Below, piece after piece: positions 22,401 to 32,095 of a DNA stretch of 64,000 nucleotides (within the stretch, counting starts at the first letter, position 1; the number at the start of each line of letters is the position of its first letter). The position numbers and the translations under genes are program-made. Where the stretch lies: positions 19,392 through 83,391 of the IMG/VR virus record IMGVR_UViG_3300030103_002259; one strand, 5' to 3'. Under the pieces are notes generated by a model. That model had not been told where the DNA came from. It saw only the letters and a list, made by a program, of their open reading frames with translations, and ran no database searches. The stretch is from a virus.

Positions 22401-23820
22401 TTGCACCCAGAGTCCTATTAACACCATCAAAATTTAAAACCCTTCTTGCACCACGTTCATTATCAGGATCAAACACAGAACCTAATTTATCCATTCCACC
22501 TGTTAGCCAATTATCATCTGGTAAATAAGGTTGAAGTTTATTTGAATCTATAAATTGAGCACCAAATCCATGTTGAAGCAAATTACTTATATTCTCTTGA
22601 GTAGTTTTATTTTGATGTAAACCAAGCTGTAAAGGGTTTGTATAATCAAAAAGTTTAAAAGGAACATCTGAAACACTAGTAATTACATCAGGGTTAAGTA
22701 TAACTAGCTCGTTACCACCTATATCTATTACACCATCTATTCCATATTTAGATCTTAATGTTGCTGCCTTTTGTGGAGTCATCCCCATATGCCCACCAAT
22801 ATGCGGACCTGTTGAACGTTCAATAAAATGTACACCAACATCTCTAAGTGCATTAAGAACATACGGATTATTACCACCAACCAACCTAGCATTAGGAGAA
22901 ACTCCTATTTCTTTTATTCTTCCAAGATCAGCTGGTCTACTAGAAGGATCCCTCAGAAGTTTACTTATAGCAAATTCTGTAGGAAGATCATATTTTAGTG
23001 AAGCTTGAGCACCTTGATTTTTATTAAGACCTCCAAAAAAACCATACTCTGTCAATGAATTACCAGGTTTAGTACCAGTTGATGTCCAATCTTTAAATCC
23101 TTTAGGGTCTATTTTTGAACGATCAAATTCAAGATCTTCTAAAGTAAAACCTGGACTTGTTGAACCAACACCGTGATAAAAACTTCCAAGTGGTTCTGTT
23201 AAAAAACCATCATCATCAAATACTAAAGAATCACCCCTTTTTGTTTCAATAACATATGGATTTTCTAAATATTTTTCAATATTTGTTTTAAAAACATCTG
23301 ATGATTGCAGAATCATATCTTGCATGAGAGCTAGTTTTTCCTCTTCTGACTTTCCTAGTATATTAAAACGCCTATCTCTAGTACCACGACTTACATCATC
23401 TGCAGTAATTTCTATTCTATTATCAGTTGTAAGATCAACACCTCTCAATGGAACTTCATATTGACCAGGGTCAAGTTGGTTCTTTAGTAGTCTACCTTGA
23501 CTTTCTTTAATTGCAGATACTATACTAGGTAGCCTTAGTCCATACTTTTTGTAATCTGCAGCGGCCCTTGCTAAAACATCAAGTTCTGCTTTAGATAATA
23601 TCTTTCCACGTCTCAATGCATTTATTCCTTTAAAAGCACCACCACCTTGGAAATATTGAGCATTAGGATTATAAATTCTTCTAGGGCTTGGTTTACTAAA
23701 AAGAGGATTAGGTGCAAATACAGAATTAGTAGCAGATAAACTTTTGCTATATCTTTTAGTTCTGTATTGATCTCTTAGATCTCTATCTATTGCACTTAGT
23801 ACTCTTTTATTATAACTCAT
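19444..23820 (-). CDS. Polyvalent protein with ADP-ribosyltransferase-like modules and an HExxH metallopeptidase-like module
   Basis: 1458 aa. Modules: FYHG..; TYRGS..LFTSTDREVARQYA..VKSAIGNDGMFD..NIY; LHEAAH..PNELHSE; FYRKIG. They are separated by QxGG/LPKAQxG motifs. Confidence 0.65.
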   Translation of the reverse strand: MSYNKRVLSAIDRDLRDQYRTKRYSKSLSATNSVFAPNPLFSKPSPRRIYNPNAQYFQGGGAFKGINALRRGKILSKAELDVLARAAADYKKYGLRLPSIVSAIKESQGRLLKNQLDPGQYEVPLRGVDLTTDNRIEITADDVSRGTRDRRFNILGKSEEEKLALMQDMILQSSDVFKTNIEKYLENPYVIETKRGDSLVFDDDGFLTEPLGSFYHGVGSTSPGFTLEDLEFDRSKIDPKGFKDWTSTGTKPGNSLTEYGFFGGLNKNQGAQASLKYDLPTEFAISKLLRDPSSRPADLGRIKEIGVSPNARLVGGNNPYVLNALRDVGVHFIERSTGPHIGGHMGMTPQKAATLRSKYGIDGVIDIGGNELVILNPDVITSVSDVPFKLFDYTNPLQLGLHQNKTTQENISNLLQHGFGAQFIDSNKLQPYLPDDNWLTGGMDKLGSVFDPDNERGARRVLNFDGVNRTLGAREHFVDLPFSIPFGEKWWKAAEPNLDLIRQRGGPIELELDDEEIQKYVDGGYIVEDLPKAQLGAALAKAAKKLPVKNFKSQIDWGKWNKNIPNNKPLIEEYRAIEYNTKQNDTWMKNADGSLFKGTPEQFVQQQSKNFKKAFPQGAGSTYRGSMKNLEDLHQPLFTSTDREVARQYATLNGKLVGNVNELYYPMSSKSADLDVNYQVWDSLNLSDIDPRLGEQDYSTAKELNDVVKDLRSQFPEGTTTDKIMKYMIENDIDNIKLNNVFDGDPLLYNDFGNVTMINNRPGNRVKSAIGNDGMFDMSNSNIYKSLLPLTLGLPFAFEDKRNKRKKLKDGGLPKAQRGASLSKAINKISKNAKLVKEVQPSIKKLTSKVISNKIDNTKKGLTRAIQDITKGERSFGEVLPLTPSQKKAADLEASLAIQEGVNFNDKWFYEVDPKFGKILREDISDKILDIFEFSGPQNRQDKYFAQEFRGDGSGDFEGLGRLGLGDGLTLDNTLIYSGNTPGLNLENPLVKTRNILRPQGITDILSSKFTDPEKKFLIKNYLQNDTAGVNKSSLNLSVTNPGIGLYRYPSSEITDIALHEAAHTSQGLGMLNRGFGNVLAEFDSGKGYFYPNENTNIGRFFKEVMPDKDWIGSPNELHSELMVVRKRIYDEWTNDKTVKEAFKVDPNTGKTLDIAERDKRISEWALGELRNPSNSTLDGMLEMEGTGVPLNSFFKKGVPKEKKYQALRYLPGLAIPFALPGLMNDNDKPKLQRGGSILKNIGRAIKNPISAPLTAFTKNELTPGSHFYRKIGNKKGLQDLIKQKGAKAPAPILMKSGVTVDTPFFGKGDEPNNNYRGIFAVETDLPNKSKYDWSHHVGGVENYGVAPFDKIDRGLLDKVPLEDLNVYRKKWFSNNYKKLDKDNLEAGLKGAGLQPLLENTFKWGTRGFLADQLFNDGDNTGGDLLGFQKGGVLELGDEVTEDMVEELRKQGYTIEEI

Positions 23821-26800
23821 TACCTTTGTGATAATTGATTCTTACTATTAACTATTTTCATTATCATATTAATATCATTACACTCTTTTCTTGTCAATGT
23901 TATAAAGTTAGTATAATGTCTGAATTTTTTTCTTTGAAGTTCAGATTTATTATAATCTAAGTTAGATTGATTAAGAACTCTAGTGTAACCATTTTGAGAT
24001 GTCACCCAAGTATTTTCAGAAGCATAGTTACCTTGTAGTATTGTAGTACCAGGTATTACTGACCCTGTTGGTGGATAACTAGAACCTATTGGAAACTCCG
24101 CTCTATCTTTAGTAATATCCCAGAATTGATTTATTCTATACTTCTGCTCTTCTTTAGTAAATAAAACATCATATGAAGATAAGTTATCAGCCAACTTAGG
24201 ATACTTCATAGATTCTACAATATTATTTTTAGGATAAAGATTTAAATTTAAATACCCAGAAACTTGTTCTGAATTATAAATAACTGCTTGATCAAAATTA
24301 TAATCTAATACATGATGTTGATCAATACAATTACTCTCCTTTCTTCTATAACATTCTAATATATAAGTTAAAGATCTTAAGGTAACTACATTTTGTCCCG
24401 TAAGCGAAGGTATCTCAACTTCAAACCCATATTGTTTACCATAGTAATTACAAAAACTATTACACAAGTAGTTATGTCTCCATAAACCATCTTTCTTTGT
24501 AGAAATAAAATAATCTTTAGTACCAAAATTAAGATCTGGATGCCAATCATGATAGCTAACAAAGAAATTACTTTTTGGATCATAACTAACTGTCCAAGAA
24601 GCATCCTCAAAAATTCTTTCATCTCCTAGTCTATATTGAGTATTTTTATTTTCATCTACAGAAAAATAATCACCTGTACCATCTGAATTTAAAGGTATAT
24701 ATTTAGTTCTTCCTTTATACTCATCTTTTAAATAGTAGTCAGTTTTACAGAAGTATAACATTGTACTTGTATTACCATAGATTGCTTGACATCCTATACC
24801 AGCTACTGGGTTATCTATATAAGGGTATTCTGGAAAATCTTCAGTTAGCTTATATGGCATAAATAATGTAAACCACCACTTTAATCCTGAGTTAGAAATT
24901 TCAGTTAAACCTTGACCATAAGAAAATATTTTCCCCTGATCTTGACTCATATAAAATATACCCACTGGAGTAGATATTACAGATAACCTACTTTGACATG
25001 AACCGTACTCATATGGTAAATCTGCTGATGAAACATTTTGTTGTGGCTGACTAAACAAACCACCATCACCTATAGTAATCTTTGTACCTAAATCAGTTTG
25101 TAGTGTATCAACACCTTGATACATTATTGGAGATTCATTTTTAAACGTAATAAAAATACCACTATCGTTTATTGACTTGACACTATTTATTTGACTTTTA
25201 AAAGACTTATAGTTATTAATTAAATAAATAAACCAACTATCTTTTACAGATTCATCTTGAACAGGTAAAGAATAAATTAACCTATCAGGAAAATATGTAA
25301 AACATAAGTTTGCAACAGAAGGATCATACGTTCTAGCTTGTAAAAATCCTTGTGAGAAATATTGATTATATAATTTAGATATACTCAAGGAATAGTCATA
25401 TCTATAATCTGTACTTTGACCGATAACATTGGGGTTAATATTAAACATAGCCCTATAGTCTGTATACCTATACGGATTATAATGTTTTCTACCAACCTCC
25501 TCTGCTTGTGATCTAAAGTCTGTAAGAACATCTGTTTCAACAAAGAAATCTCTTATGCCTGAGTTAGCTAAATAAAAGTAAGCTTGTTTAATTGAAAATA
25601 CGCCCTTTTCCTTATCTTGAAAAATACCTAGAATACCTGAAGGTTTTCTTTTATCATCTGTATAACTATAAAATCTATTATTATTAACTCTATAGTCTAA
25701 ATTAAAAAAAGCATTAGGTAATGCACCCTCACCTACAACATCATCAGCAAATATATTGAATGATTCTTTTAAATCACCAACATCATATTTCTTACTATTA
25801 ATTGCAAACCTAGCGTCTGGAATTTGATCTCTTAAGAAATAATTAAACTCAAAATCATCTGGTTGATTATATAACCAATCATAGAAAAATAACATATTAT
25901 TTTTTTCTGTATATCTAGTTACATAAGTATCACCTCCAAAAAATAAATCAGTACTTGTAATTCGTTTATAATAATATACTATGTTATCAATTGGACAAAA
26001 ATATTCTAAATCTAAAGGCGGTGTTTCTGATAGCTTTTGTTCACAAGGTGAAATAATAACCTGTTTAACAGAATCTAATTGACCATATTGATTTCTAATT
26101 CTAGACCTTAGAGCTCCATATTGACTAGCAATGGGTAAACCAAAAGCATTTCTAGGATTTTCAAAAGTTGGTAATTTTCCATCACTTGGTATTAGAGGAC
26201 TATTACTATTTTGTACTAGTGTGCCCAAAGTGACTAATGATGAATCTTTTTCTCCTAACAACTTTGGTCCAATATTAACACCTTCAGAAAATGCTGGATT
26301 AAAAAATGGCCCTGATTTAGTTCTAAGAGTAACTGTCTCAGGTCTTTTTAAATTATTAATAGTATAGTTTTGATACAACCCTAATTGATTTTGATAAGTA
26401 GGAACCTCTTGAAAATTATTTTTTATGTAAAAACCATCATCTAATTTAAATCTATATAAGTCAGTAAACTCAGGAGGGTTCATATTAGAATAAAAACCAT
26501 GACTTATCTGTTGTAAAGCAAACTGTCTTTTGGGTGTAAAAGCATATATTAATTCTAAAGTAGCACTTGCACCTTCTGAAAAATAATATGCTATATGATT
26601 TATAGCACCAAGAGTTTTAGCTAACGGTCCTAAGTATGTCCAAGCAGGTAGCTCTACATTAACTGTAGTGTAAGGCACTGTTGTTGCACCAGTTAATGCA
26701 AGGGGAGCCATCGCAGCATAAAATGAGGCATCAATAGCTGCCATACCTGGAGCTTCATATGGCGGAAATAAACTTACTAGAGAATCAGCTGCACCTGCGG

Positions 26801-29222
26801 CACTTGAATGATATGCTTGCAAAAGAATATTTCTAGCTGTTACAGCGGCAATAACACCAGCTTGACCACCTATGTATGTAGCAGATGATACACCAAGAGC
26901 ATCTCCTGGTAAAGAGCCTGATGTAAATTCTTGTTTTCTTTCTGTTTTTTTACCCATTAAAGATAAAGTAACTGCAGCAAGACCAGCAACTATTATTGGT
27001 ATCAAGGCAGCATTAGTAATCATTCTAAATTCAGGATGATCACTTGGTTCTATAAACTGTTGTGTACTAATACCAGATATGTGACCGTATAGTTTAAACT
27101 CAGTTGTATTTAATTGAGGATTTCTAAAAGTAGTTTCTGGTGAATGAAATGTAAATATATCAGTAGGTATTTGTTGATTAATTACATCATCTTCATCATT
27201 AGTATTTTTAATATATGGATCATTAAATCTAAAATTATGATCTGAAATATTATTAGAATGTCCTAAAGGAAGTATTGAATTAAAAGGATAATTAGGATAT
27301 AAACCAGTCTGGCCCTTTTTAACACTACCCTTAAACTTAAAAGTTCTAAAGTTATTTACCATACCTTTAGCAAGTATAGATTTGTTACCTTCTCTAGAAC
27401 CTCTCAATATTTCATACCCAACTATACCAGGTATATCATTACCATTTTGATCTTTAGGTAAAATAATATTTTCAAAATATACCCCTAACAATCTTATTTT
27501 AAAATCATTACCATTATTTAATGGATCAGGATTTGGTTTAAAATGAGAAACAACATCAGAACTACTATTTAATATAAAGTCTTCAGGAAATTTATGATGT
27601 CTAATGTATTTACCACAAAGGTCAAAACTACCATTTTGAGCTGGCCCAGTAGTCCAACAATATTCACTAGGGTTCCATATATCAGGTCTATTTTTAGAAT
27701 ACTTTTCAGTAGACTCCCAATAGCCCATATCTCCTACTGCAATCACTGTACCTCCATCTTCTGTTGTTGAACCAACTAAAGGTCCTGTAGTAATAGACGC
27801 AGTGTTTTTTACCTCAAATGCTTTATCATCATCAGTTAATGAATTTTGATCAGATATGATTTCATCTTCTAAAACTGTTTGTGTTACCCCATTAGAATCA
27901 ACATATTGAATTTCTCTAGGAGCTCTTCCTGGAATATGATACGAAGAAGATTTATCTCCTGTATCATAGACCCACCTTATATAAAAAGTATAAACCTCGT
28001 CTCTTAAGTAATTACCTTTATTACCACCTTTATCATAATAATTACCTGGATATTCTACTGAAGCCCACTTAGCTTTAATCATATTAGCTAAAGGTTGGTA
28101 ATTAAAATCAAATCTTGATCTAGGACCTACTCTAAGTAAATAACCATTTGCATCTGTCATTTGATCTGTTGTCTCAAATACAGGAGTTACAACTGGCAGC
28201 TGTTCAAGCGGAATTGATACTAAACTAGCATTAATTTGATCTACACTAATTCTTTCTACAGTGGTAGAATAAAAACCTAGTTGTACAGCTACAGTACCTT
28301 GATTAACATTTTGTACTAACACACATACAAACTCATCAAAGTTTTCCGTATCGGCCTTTACATTTATTTGTAAGGATCCTGATAAGTCATTTACATTATA
28401 AACAAATTGATTATTACTTTGAGAAAAATAATCTGTTACTTTTTGACCTTTTATAGTATATGCTATTAAAGCAAAGTAAGTACCATTAGCTATTGTACCA
28501 CCAGTATCACCTAGCTCAATAGATAAACATGGTGTCTCCATAAGCCTAGCTAATCTTGCTTTATCACAATCTAAAACATTAGTATTTTTACATATTTCAC
28601 AATCATTAACTTCTTCACATTCCTCAACCCATTGAACTCCAGGCCATAAAAACTCTACGTCTGTGCCATTACTATAATAATTATTACCTATATAATTATA
28701 AGAAGAATCAGGCCAAGAAGCATCATCACCAATATTTAAAAATCTGTCTGGATTATTACCATCTGCCCAATATACTTGCCAGCTACAATCTTCTTTTTCT
28801 CTAGAAGAACCTGATATAAGATAGCGTTTATCAAACTTTAAACATGCATCCTGAACAATTACTCTATATGTACAGCTGTCTGTTTCAAATAAACCTATTT
28901 CAGAATCTATAGGTCTACCAGATATATCATGACCTGCTGTATAAATAACCCACTTATCACTAAATAAATGTATACCACCTATTATATGTTTTTCTGTAAC
29001 CTCAGCAGGCATAGTTCTACCTGTAACACCGCATAAGTAATTAGATGATTCATTTGAAATAGTTCCAAGATCTCCTTCTATAGTACTACTAGTAGCATTT
29101 ATAGCATGAGTCCACATACCTTCAGTAACATATGAAGGTTCTGAATCTTTATTAAGACCTTTTACAAATGAATTTGTAACATCTTGAGATACATTTTGTA
29201 AACCAGAGTTCTTCTTAGCCAT
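23820..29222 (-). CDS. Tail muzzle / stabilization protein (P22 gp10-like, crAss-type)
   Basis: 1800 aa, beta-rich. N-terminal FVKGLNKD, YLRDEVYTFYIRW, GGDTYV, W-T-V-S-Y...HDWHP near the C-terminus. Lies directly after the ring genes, as in crAss-like phages. Confidence 0.75.
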   Translation of the reverse strand: MAKKNSGLQNVSQDVTNSFVKGLNKDSEPSYVTEGMWTHAINATSSTIEGDLGTISNESSNYLCGVTGRTMPAEVTEKHIIGGIHLFSDKWVIYTAGHDISGRPIDSEIGLFETDSCTYRVIVQDACLKFDKRYLISGSSREKEDCSWQVYWADGNNPDRFLNIGDDASWPDSSYNYIGNNYYSNGTDVEFLWPGVQWVEECEEVNDCEICKNTNVLDCDKARLARLMETPCLSIELGDTGGTIANGTYFALIAYTIKGQKVTDYFSQSNNQFVYNVNDLSGSLQINVKADTENFDEFVCVLVQNVNQGTVAVQLGFYSTTVERISVDQINASLVSIPLEQLPVVTPVFETTDQMTDANGYLLRVGPRSRFDFNYQPLANMIKAKWASVEYPGNYYDKGGNKGNYLRDEVYTFYIRWVYDTGDKSSSYHIPGRAPREIQYVDSNGVTQTVLEDEIISDQNSLTDDDKAFEVKNTASITTGPLVGSTTEDGGTVIAVGDMGYWESTEKYSKNRPDIWNPSEYCWTTGPAQNGSFDLCGKYIRHHKFPEDFILNSSSDVVSHFKPNPDPLNNGNDFKIRLLGVYFENIILPKDQNGNDIPGIVGYEILRGSREGNKSILAKGMVNNFRTFKFKGSVKKGQTGLYPNYPFNSILPLGHSNNISDHNFRFNDPYIKNTNDEDDVINQQIPTDIFTFHSPETTFRNPQLNTTEFKLYGHISGISTQQFIEPSDHPEFRMITNAALIPIIVAGLAAVTLSLMGKKTERKQEFTSGSLPGDALGVSSATYIGGQAGVIAAVTARNILLQAYHSSAAGAADSLVSLFPPYEAPGMAAIDASFYAAMAPLALTGATTVPYTTVNVELPAWTYLGPLAKTLGAINHIAYYFSEGASATLELIYAFTPKRQFALQQISHGFYSNMNPPEFTDLYRFKLDDGFYIKNNFQEVPTYQNQLGLYQNYTINNLKRPETVTLRTKSGPFFNPAFSEGVNIGPKLLGEKDSSLVTLGTLVQNSNSPLIPSDGKLPTFENPRNAFGLPIASQYGALRSRIRNQYGQLDSVKQVIISPCEQKLSETPPLDLEYFCPIDNIVYYYKRITSTDLFFGGDTYVTRYTEKNNMLFFYDWLYNQPDDFEFNYFLRDQIPDARFAINSKKYDVGDLKESFNIFADDVVGEGALPNAFFNLDYRVNNNRFYSYTDDKRKPSGILGIFQDKEKGVFSIKQAYFYLANSGIRDFFVETDVLTDFRSQAEEVGRKHYNPYRYTDYRAMFNINPNVIGQSTDYRYDYSLSISKLYNQYFSQGFLQARTYDPSVANLCFTYFPDRLIYSLPVQDESVKDSWFIYLINNYKSFKSQINSVKSINDSGIFITFKNESPIMYQGVDTLQTDLGTKITIGDGGLFSQPQQNVSSADLPYEYGSCQSRLSVISTPVGIFYMSQDQGKIFSYGQGLTEISNSGLKWWFTLFMPYKLTEDFPEYPYIDNPVAGIGCQAIYGNTSTMLYFCKTDYYLKDEYKGRTKYIPLNSDGTGDYFSVDENKNTQYRLGDERIFEDASWTVSYDPKSNFFVSYHDWHPDLNFGTKDYFISTKKDGLWRHNYLCNSFCNYYGKQYGFEVEIPSLTGQNVVTLRSLTYILECYRRKESNCIDQHHVLDYNFDQAVIYNSEQVSGYLNLNLYPKNNIVESMKYPKLADNLSSYDVLFTKEEQKYRINQFWDITKDRAEFPIGSSYPPTGSVIPGTTILQGNYASENTWVTSQNGYTRVLNQSNLDYNKSELQRKKFRHYTNFITLTRKECNDINMIMKIVNSKNQLSQR

Positions 29223-29223
29223 A

Positions 29224-30252
29224 TCACACTACATTTGTATTATTACGTCTTCTAAATGAATTAGCTGGTGCATATGATGAAAACATATCATAGTATCTAG
29301 CATATTGAGCTTTTCTATTAGCTTTCCAAATTTGTTTAATTTCTGCAAAGTTTGGTGTATTAACAAAACTTAATGCTTGATTTCTTGCAGCTCTTAAATC
29401 ACCCATAATTAATTGTAATCTTTGAGCAACGTTTTCACCATTCAAAGCTAAATTTTCTAATATTCTTTTCTTAAATGCATACTCATAATATTCATTTAAA
29501 AGTTCATGATCAGGAACAAGTAAGTTTCCATCATCATCTACCAAATCTCCTTGATAATTTATGTATACAAAACCTTCATCAAAACTTGTATATAAAAAAC
29601 CATGTTTAATATAACCTTCATTAGGAGCATTATAATATACATTAGGTGAATCACAGTCTACATTTTGACTCACCTTCATATGCAAAGGTGTCAATGTAGT
29701 ATACTTTCTAATATTACTTTGATTAATGACTTGAATTAGCTCATAAGACTCACCTTTACAGTTCATAAAAACTCTAGGTTTAGTTAATGCATCTCCATAA
29801 GGTTGATTAGGATCATGTGTTAAACATGTACCCAAGTTTCCCTTATCATCACAACACGGAGTAGGTTCAGAAGTATCACAAGGATCTGGTACTTGAGCTG
29901 GAAAATCATCATATGTTTCAGGAATTCTTCCATCAGTGATTTTTACTTCATGCATATTAGTACCACCAGCAAAGCCATCATAACCTACAACGCTATGATA
30001 ATCACCACAAACTAAACCATAGTTAAAAACCTTAAAGTCTTCAGGCAACCTTACCTTACCGTGACAAACTTCTAAAATAGTTTCTCTTTGTTGATTAATT
30101 CTAAAACCTAATTCAAAATTTAGCTTTCGTGCTAATTTAATTAGTGTTTGAGGTTCAATCATATTCTCTAGAGCAAATGTATTCATGTCTATTGATACAT
30201 CTTCTAATAGTTGATCAAAAGTTCTATATTTAAGTGTATAATTAAAATCCAT
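29224..30252 (-). CDS. Tail ring / tubular protein (P22 gp4-like)
   Basis: GFLYTSFDEGFVYINYQG...DDDGNLLVPD segment, immediately upstream of the muzzle gene. Confidence 0.7.
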   Translation of the reverse strand: MDFNYTLKYRTFDQLLEDVSIDMNTFALENMIEPQTLIKLARKLNFELGFRINQQRETILEVCHGKVRLPEDFKVFNYGLVCGDYHSVVGYDGFAGGTNMHEVKITDGRIPETYDDFPAQVPDPCDTSEPTPCCDDKGNLGTCLTHDPNQPYGDALTKPRVFMNCKGESYELIQVINQSNIRKYTTLTPLHMKVSQNVDCDSPNVYYNAPNEGYIKHGFLYTSFDEGFVYINYQGDLVDDDGNLLVPDHELLNEYYEYAFKKRILENLALNGENVAQRLQLIMGDLRAARNQALSFVNTPNFAEIKQIWKANRKAQYARYYDMFSSYAPANSFRRRNNTNVV

Positions 30253-30923
30253 TATCTAAGTGCGTTTTGACCATCATCTAGGTTATCTTGTGGAACCTGC
30301 ATGGTTGTTGTAAATTCTTTGACTACCATTTGTTCAATCTCTGAAAATAAGTATTCAGGAAAAGGTAAAGGTTGATCTTGTCTTACCTTACACTTTAAAT
30401 CTTCATCACATTGAAATGGGGATATATCATCATCAAATACAGCCTCTACTCTAATAGCATCCCAATCAACATTAGGTAGATATAGATAACCATCTAAGTA
30501 CCAGAAGTAAGGCCTTTTGTTATATTTAAATGTTGTTGATTTAGCAATTGATGTCCAAGTACCTGGATCCGTTCTATATACTTCTATAGAGCTATCAATA
30601 GAAGATACTGTACGTATAATTGGACCAAATAAACCATCAAAAATATCTGGTAATTTTTCTTTAGTTCTTTTAAAATAACATCCAGAATATACACCCATGC
30701 ACCCAGCCTCTACCTTATCTACATCAATAAGTTCCATCATTGGTAGTACAGTAAATATAGAACTTACTCTCATAAGCCTATATTGATTATCTTCTCTTTT
30801 TAAAAGAGTTTTACCGTACTTAATTATTGAATAATATAAAGTTCTATCAGTTAGAAAAGGATCCTCCTTAACTGCTTTTAGTGTATTTCTTACTCTTGAT
30901 ATTGATTCTCCTATTGTTGTCAT
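30252..30923 (-). CDS. Tail ring protein
   Basis: MTTIGE..., YFWYLDGYLYLPN, C-terminal P-x-D-N-x-D-D. Translationally coupled to both neighbours. Confidence 0.6.
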   Translation of the reverse strand: MTTIGESISRVRNTLKAVKEDPFLTDRTLYYSIIKYGKTLLKREDNQYRLMRVSSIFTVLPMMELIDVDKVEAGCMGVYSGCYFKRTKEKLPDIFDGLFGPIIRTVSSIDSSIEVYRTDPGTWTSIAKSTTFKYNKRPYFWYLDGYLYLPNVDWDAIRVEAVFDDDISPFQCDEDLKCKVRQDQPLPFPEYLFSEIEQMVVKEFTTTMQVPQDNLDDGQNALR

Positions 30924-31501
30924 ATGTTAAATTCATTATAATTTTTTAAATCATCTTGAGTCTTTTTTAAACGTACTTCTTTATACCTCGTTTTTGCATA
31001 TGACAATTTTAATTTCTTCAAAGGATCAACTACCAAATACTTATTCCAATTTTCAGGATAAGTTTTAGATACATTTCTTTTAAACTTCCTACATGCAACA
31101 AATCCCCAAAATTCTCTGTTTCTAAATTTATGTTTTGGAGCATGGTTAGAATAAAATATTTTAGCTAGCTTACCGTCAGTTTCCCAATTCTTATTGGTGA
31201 CTTGTACTCCATGTTCACGGGATTTACCAAAATCAATATTATCTTTTTTACTTGTTTGGCAAGTTCCTATAAACAACCATCCTAACTGTTGTGGTAACTC
31301 TATACCATCTCTATGATCTATTACTTTATCACTAATCATTTCATTAAATGACTTAATAATAGTTCTTAACTTACTATCGTCTAAGTTTTTATACTTAGGA
31401 TGTTTAATTTTAAATTTTTCAAAGAACTCTTTATTTAAAACACTATAAACTTTAGGTCTAAATCTTGGAGCTTTTACGTCTGGTCTGTTAAATTCCTTCA
31501 T
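30920..31501 (-). CDS. IHF/HU-like DNA-binding protein of the crAss structural block
   Basis: Basic protein with helical N-terminus then GIELPQQLGWLFI, and an F-V-A-C-R-K-F-K-R segment. Position next to ring genes matches crAss-like synteny. Confidence 0.55.
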   Translation of the reverse strand: MKEFNRPDVKAPRFRPKVYSVLNKEFFEKFKIKHPKYKNLDDSKLRTIIKSFNEMISDKVIDHRDGIELPQQLGWLFIGTCQTSKKDNIDFGKSREHGVQVTNKNWETDGKLAKIFYSNHAPKHKFRNREFWGFVACRKFKRNVSKTYPENWNKYLVVDPLKKLKLSYAKTRYKEVRLKKTQDDLKNYNEFNI

Positions 31502-31503
31502 AA

Positions 31504-31516
31504 TAATATAGTAAAA
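31504..31516 (-). promoter_or_regulatory. Putative late promoter motif TTTTACTATATTA
   Basis: Motif copy 3 nt upstream of the 31501 start. Confidence 0.55.
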
Positions 31517-31544
31517 ATTATTGGTTTTAACAAATGTAACTATA

Positions 31545-31575
31545 AAAACGAAACCCCCACAAGTGTGAGGGTTTT
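31545..31575 (-). terminator. Intrinsic terminator
   Basis: AAACCCTCAC-ACTT-GTGGGGGTTT stem with one G-U pair, followed by CGTTTTT. Confidence 0.7.
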
Positions 31576-31613
31576 GCCATTGTTAGCCACAGAAACCAAC
31601 AAACTGCGACAAT
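31545..31613 (-). ncRNA. Candidate 3'-UTR small RNA (bulged hairpin with UUUGUUGGUUU loop, plus terminator)
   Basis: ATTGT-CGCAG [TTTGTTGGTTT] CTGTG-(GCTA)-ACAAT stem that needs a G-U pair, so it folds best on the minus strand. Confidence 0.4.
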
Positions 31614-31616
31614 ATT

Positions 31617-32072
31617 TTAACCTAATACAATTGTTCTTACTGTACCTGTAAATGAACCAGAACTTAATGTATAATTACCTAATGAAGTACATATTACTTC
31701 AAACTCTTTAGTTACATCAGTATTAGTTGCAGTATCAATAATTAATACTTGTACATATTGCTGTTGTAATGTATGAGTACAAGCTACAGTACTAGTTGGA
31801 GGACCTGCTGTAATTGCTTGAGCAGTTACAGAAGTATCATCTCTTCCTGTAGTACTAGTACATATATAAGATACAAGTTTAGTAATTACTGAATCTAAAT
31901 AATCATTACGTGAAATAACAGTGTCTGCCCCACAGACAATATCAGCACCAGTGTAAACAATACACTGTGCATTAAATACCTCAGCACATGCTGGAGGACA
32001 CGGTGGTACAACGGTATAAGCACCTGGTGTACATCCGCATTGGGTAGTTGAGTTACAATTTGAATTAGCCAT
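31617..32072 (-). CDS. Cys-rich small structural protein, paralogous to the N-terminus of 32096..33985
   Basis: NAQCIVYTGADIVC resembles SSNCVIWQGPDIEC in the upstream gene. Confidence 0.55.
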   Translation of the reverse strand: MANSNCNSTTQCGCTPGAYTVVPPCPPACAEVFNAQCIVYTGADIVCGADTVISRNDYLDSVITKLVSYICTSTTGRDDTSVTAQAITAGPPTSTVACTHTLQQQYVQVLIIDTATNTDVTKEFEVICTSLGNYTLSSGSFTGTVRTIVLG

Positions 32073-32095
32073 TTTTATTTTTATTTTTTAATTTT

